DNA from: an uncultured delta proteobacterium
GTDB taxonomy: Bacteria > Myxococcota_A > Polyangia > Polyangiales > Ga0077539
Direction of reading: 5' to 3'
Length of the DNA stretch: 64,000 nt
NCBI GenBank assembly: GCA_903845045.1
Contig: CAIMWA010000340.1
Coordinates: 1,880-65,879 of the forward strand
Below, piece by piece: positions 9,131 to 17,178 of the stretch. Both the position numbers and the translations under genes were made by a program. Each line of letters opens with the position of its first letter. Within the stretch, counting starts at the first letter, position 1. Below the pieces are notes generated by a model that saw only the letters and a program-made list of their open reading frames with translations, was not told the DNA's origin and searched no databases.

Positions 9131-10441
9131 GTGAGCGATCGGCCGACCCTGCTCTGCGTCGACGACGAGCCGACGGTGCTCGCGAGCCTGAAGGAGCAGT
9201 TCCGCCGCCTCTTCGACGGGCGCTTTCGCGTCGAGGTCGCGCAGGACGCCGCCGAGGCCCTCGAGGTCATCGCGGAGCTCGAGCACGACGGCCACGACCT
9301 CGCGGTGATCGTCAGCGACCACATCATGCCCGGCGTGAAGGGCGACGAGCTGCTCATCCAGGTGCACGCGCGGCTGCCCCGCACGCGCAAGATCCTGCTG
9401 ACGGGCCAGGCCGGCCTCGACGCCGTCGCCAACGTCGTGAACCACGGGGCGCTCTACCGCTACATCGCGAAGCCCTGGCAGCGCGACGACCTCGAGCTGA
9501 CGATCCAGGAGGCCGTGCGCAGCTACCTGCAGGAGCTCGAGGTGGAGCGCCAGCGGCAGGAGATCCTCGACGGCCACGCGGCGGCGCGGCGCTTCGTGCC
9601 CTTCGAATTCCTACGGCTGCTCGGCCGCCAGCGCCTCGGCGAGGTCACGCTGCACGACCACGTCGAGCAGCAGCTCAGCATCTTCTTCTCGGACATCCGC
9701 TCGTACACGACCCTCGTCGAGGGACGGACGCCGAAGCAGAACTTCGATTTCATCAACGAGTACCTCGGCTTCATGGAGCCCGCGATCCTCGACGAGGGCG
9801 GCTTCATCGACAGCTTCATGGGCGACGGCATCATGGCGCTCTTCGAGGGCGGCGGAGACCGCGTGGTGCGCGCCGGCATCGCGTCGCTGCGCGCCCTCGA
9901 CCGCTTCAACGCCGTGCGCGTCGCGCGCGGCGAGCCGGCGATCCGCATCGGCATCGGGATCAACAGCGGCCCGCTGATGCTCGGCGTCATCGGCGGCAAG
10001 GAGCGCCTCAACGCCGGCGTCATCGGCGATCCGGTCAACACGGCGGCGCGCCTCGAGACGTTCTCGAAGCAGGTCGGCGCGTCGATGCTCGTGAGCGAAG
10101 ACACCGTCGCGCGCCTCGATGACCCCGGCGCCTACGCGCTGCGTCCGGTGGACCACGTGCGCTTGAAGGGCAAGAGCCGCCCGGTGCGCGTCTACGAGGT
10201 GCTCGACGCGCTTCCCGACGCCGAGCGAGCGCGCAAGCTCGCGACCCGCGACGACCTCGCCGCCGCCCGCGCGGCGATGGCCGACGGCGACCTCGGCGCG
10301 GCGCTCGCGCACCTGGCGTCGGCAAGGGACCTCGACGCGGTGGACCCGGTGATCACCCGGGCCCTCGCCCGCTGCCGCGCGTTCATCGCCGGCGGCGTGC
10401 CCGAAGGCTGGGACGGCGTGACCGACCTCGAGGACAAGTGA
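9131..10441 (+). CDS. Response-regulator receiver fused to class III adenylate/guanylate cyclase
   Basis: GTG start at 9131 (VSDRPTLLCVDDEPTVLASL...). REC motifs: DHIMPGVKGDEL, YIAKPW. Cyclase motifs: IFFSDIRSYTTL, GDGIMALF, GDPVNTAARLE. The upstream part of the track ORF is Arg-rich noise. Confidence 0.9.
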   Translation: MSDRPTLLCVDDEPTVLASLKEQFRRLFDGRFRVEVAQDAAEALEVIAELEHDGHDLAVIVSDHIMPGVKGDELLIQVHARLPRTRKILLTGQAGLDAVANVVNHGALYRYIAKPWQRDDLELTIQEAVRSYLQELEVERQRQEILDGHAAARRFVPFEFLRLLGRQRLGEVTLHDHVEQQLSIFFSDIRSYTTLVEGRTPKQNFDFINEYLGFMEPAILDEGGFIDSFMGDGIMALFEGGGDRVVRAGIASLRALDRFNAVRVARGEPAIRIGIGINSGPLMLGVIGGKERLNAGVIGDPVNTAARLETFSKQVGASMLVSEDTVARLDDPGAYALRPVDHVRLKGKSRPVRVYEVLDALPDAERARKLATRDDLAAARAAMADGDLGAALAHLASARDLDAVDPVITRALARCRAFIAGGVPEGWDGVTDLEDK

Positions 10442-10466
10442 GCCCCTCTTCCGCGGAGTTGCGCCC

Positions 10467-10865
10467 ATGAACGCTCGCCAGGCGGTGCTCCTCGTCGACG
10501 ACGAGCAGCTCATCCTCGACAGCCTTCGCCTGCAGATCCGCCGGATGGGCGGCGGCGACCTCGCCATCGAGTGCGCCAACGGCGTGTCCGAGGCGTGGGA
10601 GGTGCTCGACGAGCTCCAGGGCGACGGCGTGGCGGTGGTGCTCGTCATCTCCGACTGGTTGATGCCGAACACCCGGGGCGATGCGTTCCTCGAGGCGCTC
10701 AAGGCGCGCTTCCCGGGCATCCGTCGCGTGATGCTCACGGGACAGGCCGACGCCGACGCGCTCGAGCGGGTGCGCGCCCGCGATCTCGTCGACCGGCTGC
10801 TCCTCAAGCCGTGGTCCGATCACGACCTGGCGCAGGTGCTCGCGCTCGTACGGAACGACGCCTGA
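10467..10865 (+). CDS. Stand-alone response-regulator receiver domain protein
   Basis: 132 aa: AVLLVDDEQLILDSL..., ISDWLMPNTRGDAFLEAL, MLTGQAD, LLKPW. Confidence 0.9.
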   Translation: MNARQAVLLVDDEQLILDSLRLQIRRMGGGDLAIECANGVSEAWEVLDELQGDGVAVVLVISDWLMPNTRGDAFLEALKARFPGIRRVMLTGQADADALERVRARDLVDRLLLKPWSDHDLAQVLALVRNDA

Positions 10866-10881
10866 CCGCGCGGAAGGGGAC

Positions 10882-11154
10882 GTGCGCGTGAACGAGTCAC
10901 GGGTCTCCGGCGAGCGCCTCGGCTTCGCCGCCGTGGTCGCGTTGCTGCTGGGCCCGGTCCTCGCGCAGGGAGCCTGGCGTCCGTGGGTGCACGCGGTCGG
11001 AGGCGCGGGCCGCGCGGCGAACGTCACCGGCGCGGCGCTGGTCCTCGCTACCTTCCTCGCGGGAGCGCAGCGGTCGCCTTCCCTTCGAGCGCCACGTCGC
11101 GCTCGCGCTGACGACGGTCCTGTCGATGGCGCGGGTCAGCGTCTTCGTCGGTGA
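10882..11154 (+). pseudogene. Probable N-terminal part (two TM helices) of the downstream GT87-like gene, in a different frame (apparent +1 frameshift near 11065-11090)
   Basis: The GTG at 10882 is preceded by GGAAGGGGA (10872-10880). The translation MRVNESRVSGERLGFAAVVALLLGPVLAQGAWRPWVHAVGGAGRAANVTGAALVLATFLAGAQ is membrane-like, then degenerates to Arg-rich sequence. Frame 2 becomes protein-like from about 11080 (PFERHVALALTTVLSMARV...). Confidence 0.4.
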
Positions 11155-12349
11155 CGCGTCGCGGGTCGATCGGCAGGCGCTCCCCGGCGTGGCGTTCCTC
11201 GAGACCCACAGCTGCCTGACGGCGTACGTGCGCGCCGAGGCCCTGGGCCGCCGGCACGTCGCCAACCTCTACGACACCCGCTGGTGGTCCGGATCGCACG
11301 GGCTTCCGCCTCGGGCGCCCGGCGAGGTCGATCCGTACCGGCCGTTCACCCTCGACTACTTCGCCTATCCGCCGCCGTTCCTGCTGGCGATGCTGCCGCT
11401 GGTGCCGCTCGACGGCGACTACGCGGCGCAGCGGGCGCTCTGGTTCGGGCTCAACGCAATGCTCTTCGCCGTGGGCCTCGGCGTCGTCGCGCGGTGGACC
11501 GACGGTCCCCACGGTCACCGCACGTGGCTGCTCGCGCCGCTCCTCTTCGGCAGCCTGCCGATGCTCGTGACGCTGCAGGTGGGCAATTTCCAGATCGCCG
11601 TCGTCGTGCTCGCGGTGCTGGCGATGGTGGCCTTCGACTCCGAACGACCAAGGACCGGCGGGGCGTTGCTCGCCTTCGCGGCGCTCTCGAAGCTCTCGCC
11701 GGCGGTGCTGGGCCTCGTGCTCCTCGCGCAGCGCCGCTGGCGCCACGCGGCGTACACGGCCGGCTTCGGCGCGCTCTTCGTCGCCCTCTCGGCGCTCGCC
11801 ACGGGCACGGACCCGCTCGTCTCGTTCGTGCGCTACGCGCTCCCGCGCATCCGCTCCGGCGAGGCCTTCGCGTTCCTCGACGACGACCTCTTCAGCGTGT
11901 TCACGAACCTCTCCCCGTTCGGCGTGCCGTTCAAGCTGCAGCTCCTCGGCGTGCACGTCGCGGATCCGTGGTCCGCGGCCCGGCGCATCGGCCATGGCTA
12001 CGCGGCGGCGCTGGTGATCTTCCTGGGGTTCACGATGCGAAGCGCGGCGCCCGATCGCGGGACGCGGGCGGTGACGTGGATGTCGCTGCTCGTCCTCGCG
12101 TCGTTGCAGAGCCCCTTCGCGCCGGGCTACGTGAGCATGGGCGCGCTCTGGGCCATCACGTTGCTGGCGACAGAGGTGCGGCGACTGCGCGGCGCCGCGA
12201 CGCTCGCGCTGGCCTGGGTGGGGATCGCCGCGTTCGTGCACTTCCGCGATGTCCGCATGCTGGGCGTCGAGAGCCTCGTGCAGAGCGCGCTGGTGGTCGT
12301 GGTGCCGGGGACCCTCGTGCTTCGCGCCGCGCGGCGACGCGCCGCTTGA
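11126..12349 (+). CDS. Polytopic membrane protein, DUF2029 / GT87-like glycosyltransferase
   Basis: Multiple TM segments and ...HVANLYDTRWW...PFTLDYFAYPPPFLLAMLPLV...YAAQRALWFGLNAMLFAVGL...FAALSKLSPAVLGLVLLAQRRW, the typical DUF2029 layout. The ATG at 11126 is probably internal (see feature 10882-11154). Confidence 0.75.
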   Translation: MARVSVFVGDASRVDRQALPGVAFLETHSCLTAYVRAEALGRRHVANLYDTRWWSGSHGLPPRAPGEVDPYRPFTLDYFAYPPPFLLAMLPLVPLDGDYAAQRALWFGLNAMLFAVGLGVVARWTDGPHGHRTWLLAPLLFGSLPMLVTLQVGNFQIAVVVLAVLAMVAFDSERPRTGGALLAFAALSKLSPAVLGLVLLAQRRWRHAAYTAGFGALFVALSALATGTDPLVSFVRYALPRIRSGEAFAFLDDDLFSVFTNLSPFGVPFKLQLLGVHVADPWSAARRIGHGYAAALVIFLGFTMRSAAPDRGTRAVTWMSLLVLASLQSPFAPGYVSMGALWAITLLATEVRRLRGAATLALAWVGIAAFVHFRDVRMLGVESLVQSALVVVVPGTLVLRAARRRAA

Positions 12350-12444
12350 CGTCGCGCCGAGGGGTCCGCTTTCCGGCCACCTCCTGGCCGGGTCGCGCGC
12401 GTTCCGGGTGTGGCAGAAGCGGTGTTCGACGGGGCGACCGGATC

Positions 12445-13818
12445 ATGACCAGGGAGCGAACCTCAGAGGCCGGACACGCTCCCGATACCGTCATCGGCGG
12501 GAAATACAGGCTCGTACGGATGCTCGGCCGCGGCGGCATGGGCGCCGTCTACGAGGCGGAGAACACCTGGACGCAGCGTCGCGTCGCGCTGAAGGTGATG
12601 CGCGCAAGCGTCGCCGACGACGAGGTGTTCGTGCGCCGCTTCATGCAGGAGGCGCGCACCGCTTCGCAGCTGCAGCATCCGAACATCGTCGACGTGCTCG
12701 ACATGGGCCAGGACGCGACGACCGGAGAGATCTTCATCGTCCAGGAATTCCTCTCCGGGCGCGACCTCGGTCGCCTCCTCGCGGAGCGCGGGACGCTGTC
12801 CGTGCGCGAGGCCTTCGACGTGATGGTTCCGGTGATGGAGGCGCTCGTCGCGGCGCACGCCCGGGGCATCGTTCACCGCGATCTGAAGCCCGAGAACATC
12901 TTCCTCGCGGAGACGGCGAAGGGCGTGGTTCCGACGCTCATCGATTTCGGCATCGCGAAGGTGGTCGTCGACGACGCTTCGTTGCAGCAGACCGGCACCG
13001 GGGTGCTCCTGGGCACGCCGGACTACATGTCCCCGGAGCAGGCCCGCGGAGAGTCGGCACTCGATGGTCGCAGCGACGTCTGGGCCCTCGGGGTGGTGCT
13101 CTACGAGCTGCTCTCGGGCAAGAAGCCCTACACGGCGGCAAACGCGAACGCCCTCATCGCCAAGATCATCTACGAAGCCCCGACGCCGCTCGACGTGGTC
13201 GCGCCGCAGCTCTCGCCCGCGGTGGTCGACCTCGTCATGCGCGCCGTGCGACCCGCGCTCGCCGAGCGCCATGCGACGATGCAGGCGTTCCTCGACGCGC
13301 TGCGCGCCACCGACGCGCGGACCGTCGATGCGAGCGCGCCGGCGCCCGTCGTTCGCGCCGCCGCGGCGCCCCCCCTCGGCGCGGGGCAGCACGCGACCGC
13401 GGCCACTGCGGAGACCTTCGCCCCCGTCGCGACGAACAGCATCGTCGAAGGCCGTCGGTCGAAGCGCTCCTTGGCCCTCGCCGCGTTCGTCTTCGCCGGT
13501 GCGTCGGTCGGCGCCCTCGTGGCGTTGCGGTCGTCCGCAGGAGCGGAGCACGCCGCCGCGTCGCTGTCCGCGCCCGTCGAAGCGCCCGTGACCATCGTGC
13601 GACCGGCCGCGCCCGTGGTGTCTGCGGCGGCCGCCTCGGTGCTCGCGCCGATGACCACCGACGCGGGTCCGCCGGTCGTCGCGACACCGGCCCCCGCGCA
13701 GCCCGCGCCGCCCGTGGCGCCCGCCGGCCGACGTCGAGGACCGGCCCGTCGCGGCGCGCATGGATCCACCGACTTCGCCACTCCGATCTCCGGCGCGCCC
13801 ACCATTCCTCTCGACTGA
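12445..13818 (+). CDS. Ser/Thr protein kinase with C-terminal TM helix and Pro/Ala-rich tail
   Basis: ATG at 12445. Motifs: GRGGMGAVYEA, VALKVM, HRDLKPENIF, DFGIAK, GTPDYMSPEQ. TM helix: LALAAFVFAGASVGALVAL. A P/A-rich tail follows, ending ...GAPTIPLD*. Confidence 0.92.
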   Translation: MTRERTSEAGHAPDTVIGGKYRLVRMLGRGGMGAVYEAENTWTQRRVALKVMRASVADDEVFVRRFMQEARTASQLQHPNIVDVLDMGQDATTGEIFIVQEFLSGRDLGRLLAERGTLSVREAFDVMVPVMEALVAAHARGIVHRDLKPENIFLAETAKGVVPTLIDFGIAKVVVDDASLQQTGTGVLLGTPDYMSPEQARGESALDGRSDVWALGVVLYELLSGKKPYTAANANALIAKIIYEAPTPLDVVAPQLSPAVVDLVMRAVRPALAERHATMQAFLDALRATDARTVDASAPAPVVRAAAAPPLGAGQHATAATAETFAPVATNSIVEGRRSKRSLALAAFVFAGASVGALVALRSSAGAEHAAASLSAPVEAPVTIVRPAAPVVSAAAASVLAPMTTDAGPPVVATPAPAQPAPPVAPAGRRRGPARRGAHGSTDFATPISGAPTIPLD

Positions 13819-13824
13819 GGCAGC

Positions 13825-14862
13825 TTGTCGTACCGCGCCACACGCATCGTCACCGCCGTGCTCGCGTGGTCCCTCGCCGGGACCGCCGCGTTCGCGCAGT
13901 CGAACGTCGCCGAGCTCGCGTCGCGCCGGCTGCTGCTGGAGCGCGCCGAGGCTGCGCGCAATGCCGGCGACCACGCCGCTGCGCTCGACGCTGCGACGCG
14001 TGCCGGTCAGATCGAGATGTCGCCGTCGGTGCGGCTCTTCATCGTCGAAGAGCTCGAGCACCTCGGGCGGCTGGCCGAGGCGTTCGGCGCGGCGGACCTG
14101 TGCCTTCGAGAGGTCGAGACGAACACCGCCGCGCGCAACCGCGACGCCGTTCGCGAGCGCTGCCGCGCCATGCAGGCGGGACTTCGGGCGCGCGTCGGCC
14201 AGGTCGTCGTGTCGGTGCCCTCGCCGGCGCCTGCGCAGCTCCGCGTCGTCATCGGCGGCGCGGCGCTGAACCCGGCGCTCTTCGGCGTGCCGATGATCGT
14301 GACGCCGGGCGACGTCGAGGTCGCTGCGACCGCCGCGGCGCGGGTGCCGTGGAGGACGACGGTGCGCGTCGTCGCCGGTGCCACGGTGCCCGTGCGCGTC
14401 GAGCTCCCCGAGGCCGCCGTCGAGGCACCGCCGGTCGCCGTCGCCGCACCCGACACGCCGTCGCGCCCGATCCCGCCGCAAGCGACCGCCCCCGCGCCCG
14501 CGTCGCACGGCGGCACCCAGCGAGCGCTCGCGTGGTCCAGCGCCGGCGGTGCGTTGCTCTTCGTCGGAGGAGGCGTGGCGGCGGTGCTCGTGGAGCGCGG
14601 CGCGACGAACTTCCTCCTCGACGCGACGAACAACTGCCGCGGTACGCGCGACGCGCTCACCGGAACCTGCCGTGACCACGCGAACACCGAGGGACTCGGA
14701 CAGGCGCTGGCCATCGCGGGCTTCGTCACCGGCGGCGTGCTCGCGGCGACCTCGGTGGTGCTCTTCCTGACGGCGCCGCGCTCGCGGGCGGCGGTGGCCT
14801 CGAGGGTGTTGTGCGGCCTCGCGACGGGCATGACCGGCGCCGAGTGCGCGTGGAGGTTCTGA
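13825..14862 (+). CDS. Secreted/membrane protein: helical N-domain, PEGA-like beta domain, Pro-rich linker, two TM helices flanking a Cys pair (paralog of 30577-31638)
   Basis: TTG start with GAGG upstream. Signal peptide: ...AVLAWSLAGTAAFAQ. Shared with the paralog: RR.LLE.A.A.R..GDHA.AL..AT.AG...M.PSVR.FI. PEGA-like segment: VVVSVPS...VPMIVTPGDVEVAA...VRVEL. Confidence 0.75.
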   Translation: MSYRATRIVTAVLAWSLAGTAAFAQSNVAELASRRLLLERAEAARNAGDHAAALDAATRAGQIEMSPSVRLFIVEELEHLGRLAEAFGAADLCLREVETNTAARNRDAVRERCRAMQAGLRARVGQVVVSVPSPAPAQLRVVIGGAALNPALFGVPMIVTPGDVEVAATAAARVPWRTTVRVVAGATVPVRVELPEAAVEAPPVAVAAPDTPSRPIPPQATAPAPASHGGTQRALAWSSAGGALLFVGGGVAAVLVERGATNFLLDATNNCRGTRDALTGTCRDHANTEGLGQALAIAGFVTGGVLAATSVVLFLTAPRSRAAVASRVLCGLATGMTGAECAWRF

Positions 14863-16067
14863 TGCGAGCCCGGCGGATCTCGATGCTGGCGGCTGCCGCG
14901 TTCTTCGCCGGAGCGTGCGCGCGACCCGACCTCCTGCCGTACCTCGACGCCGCGGCCGACGCCGCGGACGCTCCGATGCTCGACGCCCGCGACGCACCGG
15001 CTACCGACGTGCCCGCCGTCCCCGATGTGCCGGACGTCGCACTGCTCGACGTGACGGACGCGGCGTCCGCGGACGTTGCCGACGTCGCCGACGTGCAAGG
15101 CGCCGACGCGCCCGACGTACGCGACGTCCCTGCCGTCGTCGACGCTGGCGTCGACGCACCGGTGGTCGCCGACGTGCTCCTCGACGTCGCGCGCGACGCC
15201 GGCGACGCACCCGACGTTGTGGACGTTCCCGACGTGCCGAACGCTCCGGACGTCGTGTGTGCGTCGGGGCTGACCGCATGCTCCGGCGTGTGCGTGCCGA
15301 CGTCCACGAATCCGCTCAACTGTGGGAGCTGCGGCAACGCCTGCGACGGCGCCCATGCGTGCCGCGCGGGAAGCTGCGCCATGCTGACGTGTCCGCCCGG
15401 CATGGCGCTGATCCCGGCCGCGACGTTCCAGATGGGCGACCCGATGAGCGATGACACCTATGCACGCCCGGTGCATCCGGTGCAGCTCTCGGCATACTGC
15501 ATCGACCTGCACGAGGTCACCGTCGCGGACTACCGCGGCTGCCCGAGCGCGACGTGCACGACGCCGCGCACCGGAACGTCTTGCAACAACGGGGTCGCCG
15601 GACGCGACAATCATCCGGTGAATTGCGTGAATTGGGCGCAGGGCGACGCGTACTGCCGTTGGCGTGGAGCCCACCTGCCGACGGAGGCGCAGTGGGAGTT
15701 CGCGGCGCGCTCGACGGACGCACGAACCTACCCGTGGGGTAATCCTCTCCCGACGAACCAGCTCTGTTGGATGAGCGCTACGACGTGCCCTGTGGGTTCG
15801 TTTCCGGCAGGAAACTCCGCGTACGGCGTTGCGGACATGGCCGGCAACGTCTGCGAGTGGGTGGCCGACTGGTGGTCGTCCTATGCGGCGAGCACCGTTC
15901 CGCTCGTCGACCCGACGGGGCCCACCAGCAGCTCCGTCCGGCCGGTCCGCGGCGGCGCCTTCAGCTACACCACCGAGAGCGATCTGCGCTCGTCGTGGCG
16001 CGAGGCCTCGGATCCGACGAACACGAACCCCACCCTCGGCTTCCGCTGCGCGCGCGACCCGATGTGA
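14862..16067 (+). CDS. Lipoprotein with acidic DxPDV linker, Cys-rich module and formylglycine-generating-enzyme (SUMF1/FGE-sulfatase) domain
   Basis: The ATG at 14862 overlaps the upstream TGA by 1 nt. Lipobox: AAAFFAGAC. Cys-rich module: NPLNCGSCGNACDG..C. FGE motifs: FQMGD, HPVQLSAYCIDLHEVT, NHPVNCVNWAQGDAYCRWRGAHLPTEAQWEFAAR, GNVCEWVADWW, VRGGAF, GFRCA. Confidence 0.9.
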   Translation: MRARRISMLAAAAFFAGACARPDLLPYLDAAADAADAPMLDARDAPATDVPAVPDVPDVALLDVTDAASADVADVADVQGADAPDVRDVPAVVDAGVDAPVVADVLLDVARDAGDAPDVVDVPDVPNAPDVVCASGLTACSGVCVPTSTNPLNCGSCGNACDGAHACRAGSCAMLTCPPGMALIPAATFQMGDPMSDDTYARPVHPVQLSAYCIDLHEVTVADYRGCPSATCTTPRTGTSCNNGVAGRDNHPVNCVNWAQGDAYCRWRGAHLPTEAQWEFAARSTDARTYPWGNPLPTNQLCWMSATTCPVGSFPAGNSAYGVADMAGNVCEWVADWWSSYAASTVPLVDPTGPTSSSVRPVRGGAFSYTTESDLRSSWREASDPTNTNPTLGFRCARDPM

Positions 16068-16106
16068 CGCCGCTGGCCGCGGTCGCTGCGGGCATTCCGA
16101 ACTCCC

Positions 16107-17087
16107 TCAGCGGCCACCCCGGTACGGCCCGGCGCCCGGCGGCCCGAACGGCATTCCTGCGGCGAGCGCCTCGGCCGGCTCGCACGCGGCCTTGAGGAAC
16201 TCCTCCGCCGTCGCGAACCTCGCATCGGGCGACTTCATCAGACAACGCGAGATCGCCGCCCGCATCCTCGGCGAGGCGGTCTGCGGCGACGCCGGCGTCG
16301 ACCACGGTCTCGGCTCGCCCGTGAGGTGGCATTTCGCCCACTCCCACGCCGTGGTCGCCGCGTACGGGCTGCGTCCTTCGAACATCTCATAGGCCACCAG
16401 CGCCAGCGCGTAGAGGTCCGAGCGCGCGTTGGCCTTCGCGCCGGTGAAGCGCTCGGGAGCCATGTACGGCGGGGTCCCGAGCACCGTGCCGCCCTCATCG
16501 CCGGCGCGCGACGCCAGCAGCGAGGCGAAGAGTCCGACATTCAACAGCCAACCGCTGTTGATGAAAGACGAGCTGTCCGCACACAGCACCGTCTCGGGCT
16601 TCACGTCACCATGGATCAGCCCGACGGAGTGCAGCGCCCCGAGCGCGCGGGCGATCTGCTCGACGATGCGCGACGCGTCGCTCGGGTGCAGGGGACCGCG
16701 GGCCACCGCCGCCGCGAGGGTGAGCCCGAAGTGCCACGCTCCGACCCACGTCACGGCGCCGTCGGCGAGCGTGCCGAAGTCGAGCTGCGGCTGCGCGTGC
16801 GTGTGCGAGAACGATCGGAACCGCTGCATTTCGAGGTGAAATCGATCGCGCTCGAGGGGCGTGCGAAACAGCGCGTCGTGGAGGACGCTGAGGGTCACGG
16901 TGTGGCCGTCGCCGTCCAGGGCGAGCCACGTGAGCCCGAGGCCGTCGTCGCCCATCTCCTTCGTGAGGCGGTAGCGGTCGAGCACCCAGACGCCCGGACG
17001 CAGGCCGCCACGCGTCGTGCGCCCGCAGGACGAACACGCGGCCGGACCCAACGACGCGGTGCATGCCGTGCAACGTGAGCTGTTCAT
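16107..17087 (-). CDS. Kinase-fold protein with degenerate catalytic motifs (predicted pseudokinase) and N-terminal Cys4 zinc-ribbon-like motif
   Basis: Trimmed to the ATG at 17087 (MNSSRCTACTASLGPAACSSCG...). The kinase fold is recognisable (GTPPYMAPERF, SDLYALALVAYEMFEGRSPY). Catalytic motifs are substituted: VTLSVL replaces VAIK, HGDVKPET replaces HRDxKxxN, and LNVGL replaces DFG. Confidence 0.8.
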   Translation of the reverse strand: MNSSRCTACTASLGPAACSSCGRTTRGGLRPGVWVLDRYRLTKEMGDDGLGLTWLALDGDGHTVTLSVLHDALFRTPLERDRFHLEMQRFRSFSHTHAQPQLDFGTLADGAVTWVGAWHFGLTLAAAVARGPLHPSDASRIVEQIARALGALHSVGLIHGDVKPETVLCADSSSFINSGWLLNVGLFASLLASRAGDEGGTVLGTPPYMAPERFTGAKANARSDLYALALVAYEMFEGRSPYAATTAWEWAKCHLTGEPRPWSTPASPQTASPRMRAAISRCLMKSPDARFATAEEFLKAACEPAEALAAGMPFGPPGAGPYRGGR

Positions 17088-17149
17088 CGGTGCTGCGAGG
17101 ATACCCCGGGCACCGCACGACGGAGGCTTCACCGATGCGTCGCCGCGCC

Positions 17150-17178
17150 TTGACAGCCGATGCTTCGCAGGAGCAACT
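17150..17178 (+). promoter_or_regulatory. Candidate sigma70-type promoter (perfect TTGACA -35 box) upstream of the chitinase gene
   Basis: TTGACA at 17150-17155, N17, GCAACT at 17173-17178. If used, it favours the GTG 17196 start. Confidence 0.2.

Noticed and set aside
3511-9432. Minus-strand ORFs 3511-6192 (893 aa) and 6262-9432 (1056 aa), plus the +2 frame ORF 3816-8201 (1461 aa)
   Set aside because: They are Arg/Pro/Gly-rich low-complexity translations antisense to or out of frame with the kinase-ATPase-GAF-HK gene, whose motifs are unambiguous.
14940-15260. Possible CRISPR or tandem-repeat array suggested by the periodic GACGT/GCCGAC pattern (also at 61560-61960 and 27700-27880)
   Set aside because: The periodicity is imperfect, there is no repeat-spacer structure, and it lies inside convincing ORFs encoding acidic D/A/P/V linkers.
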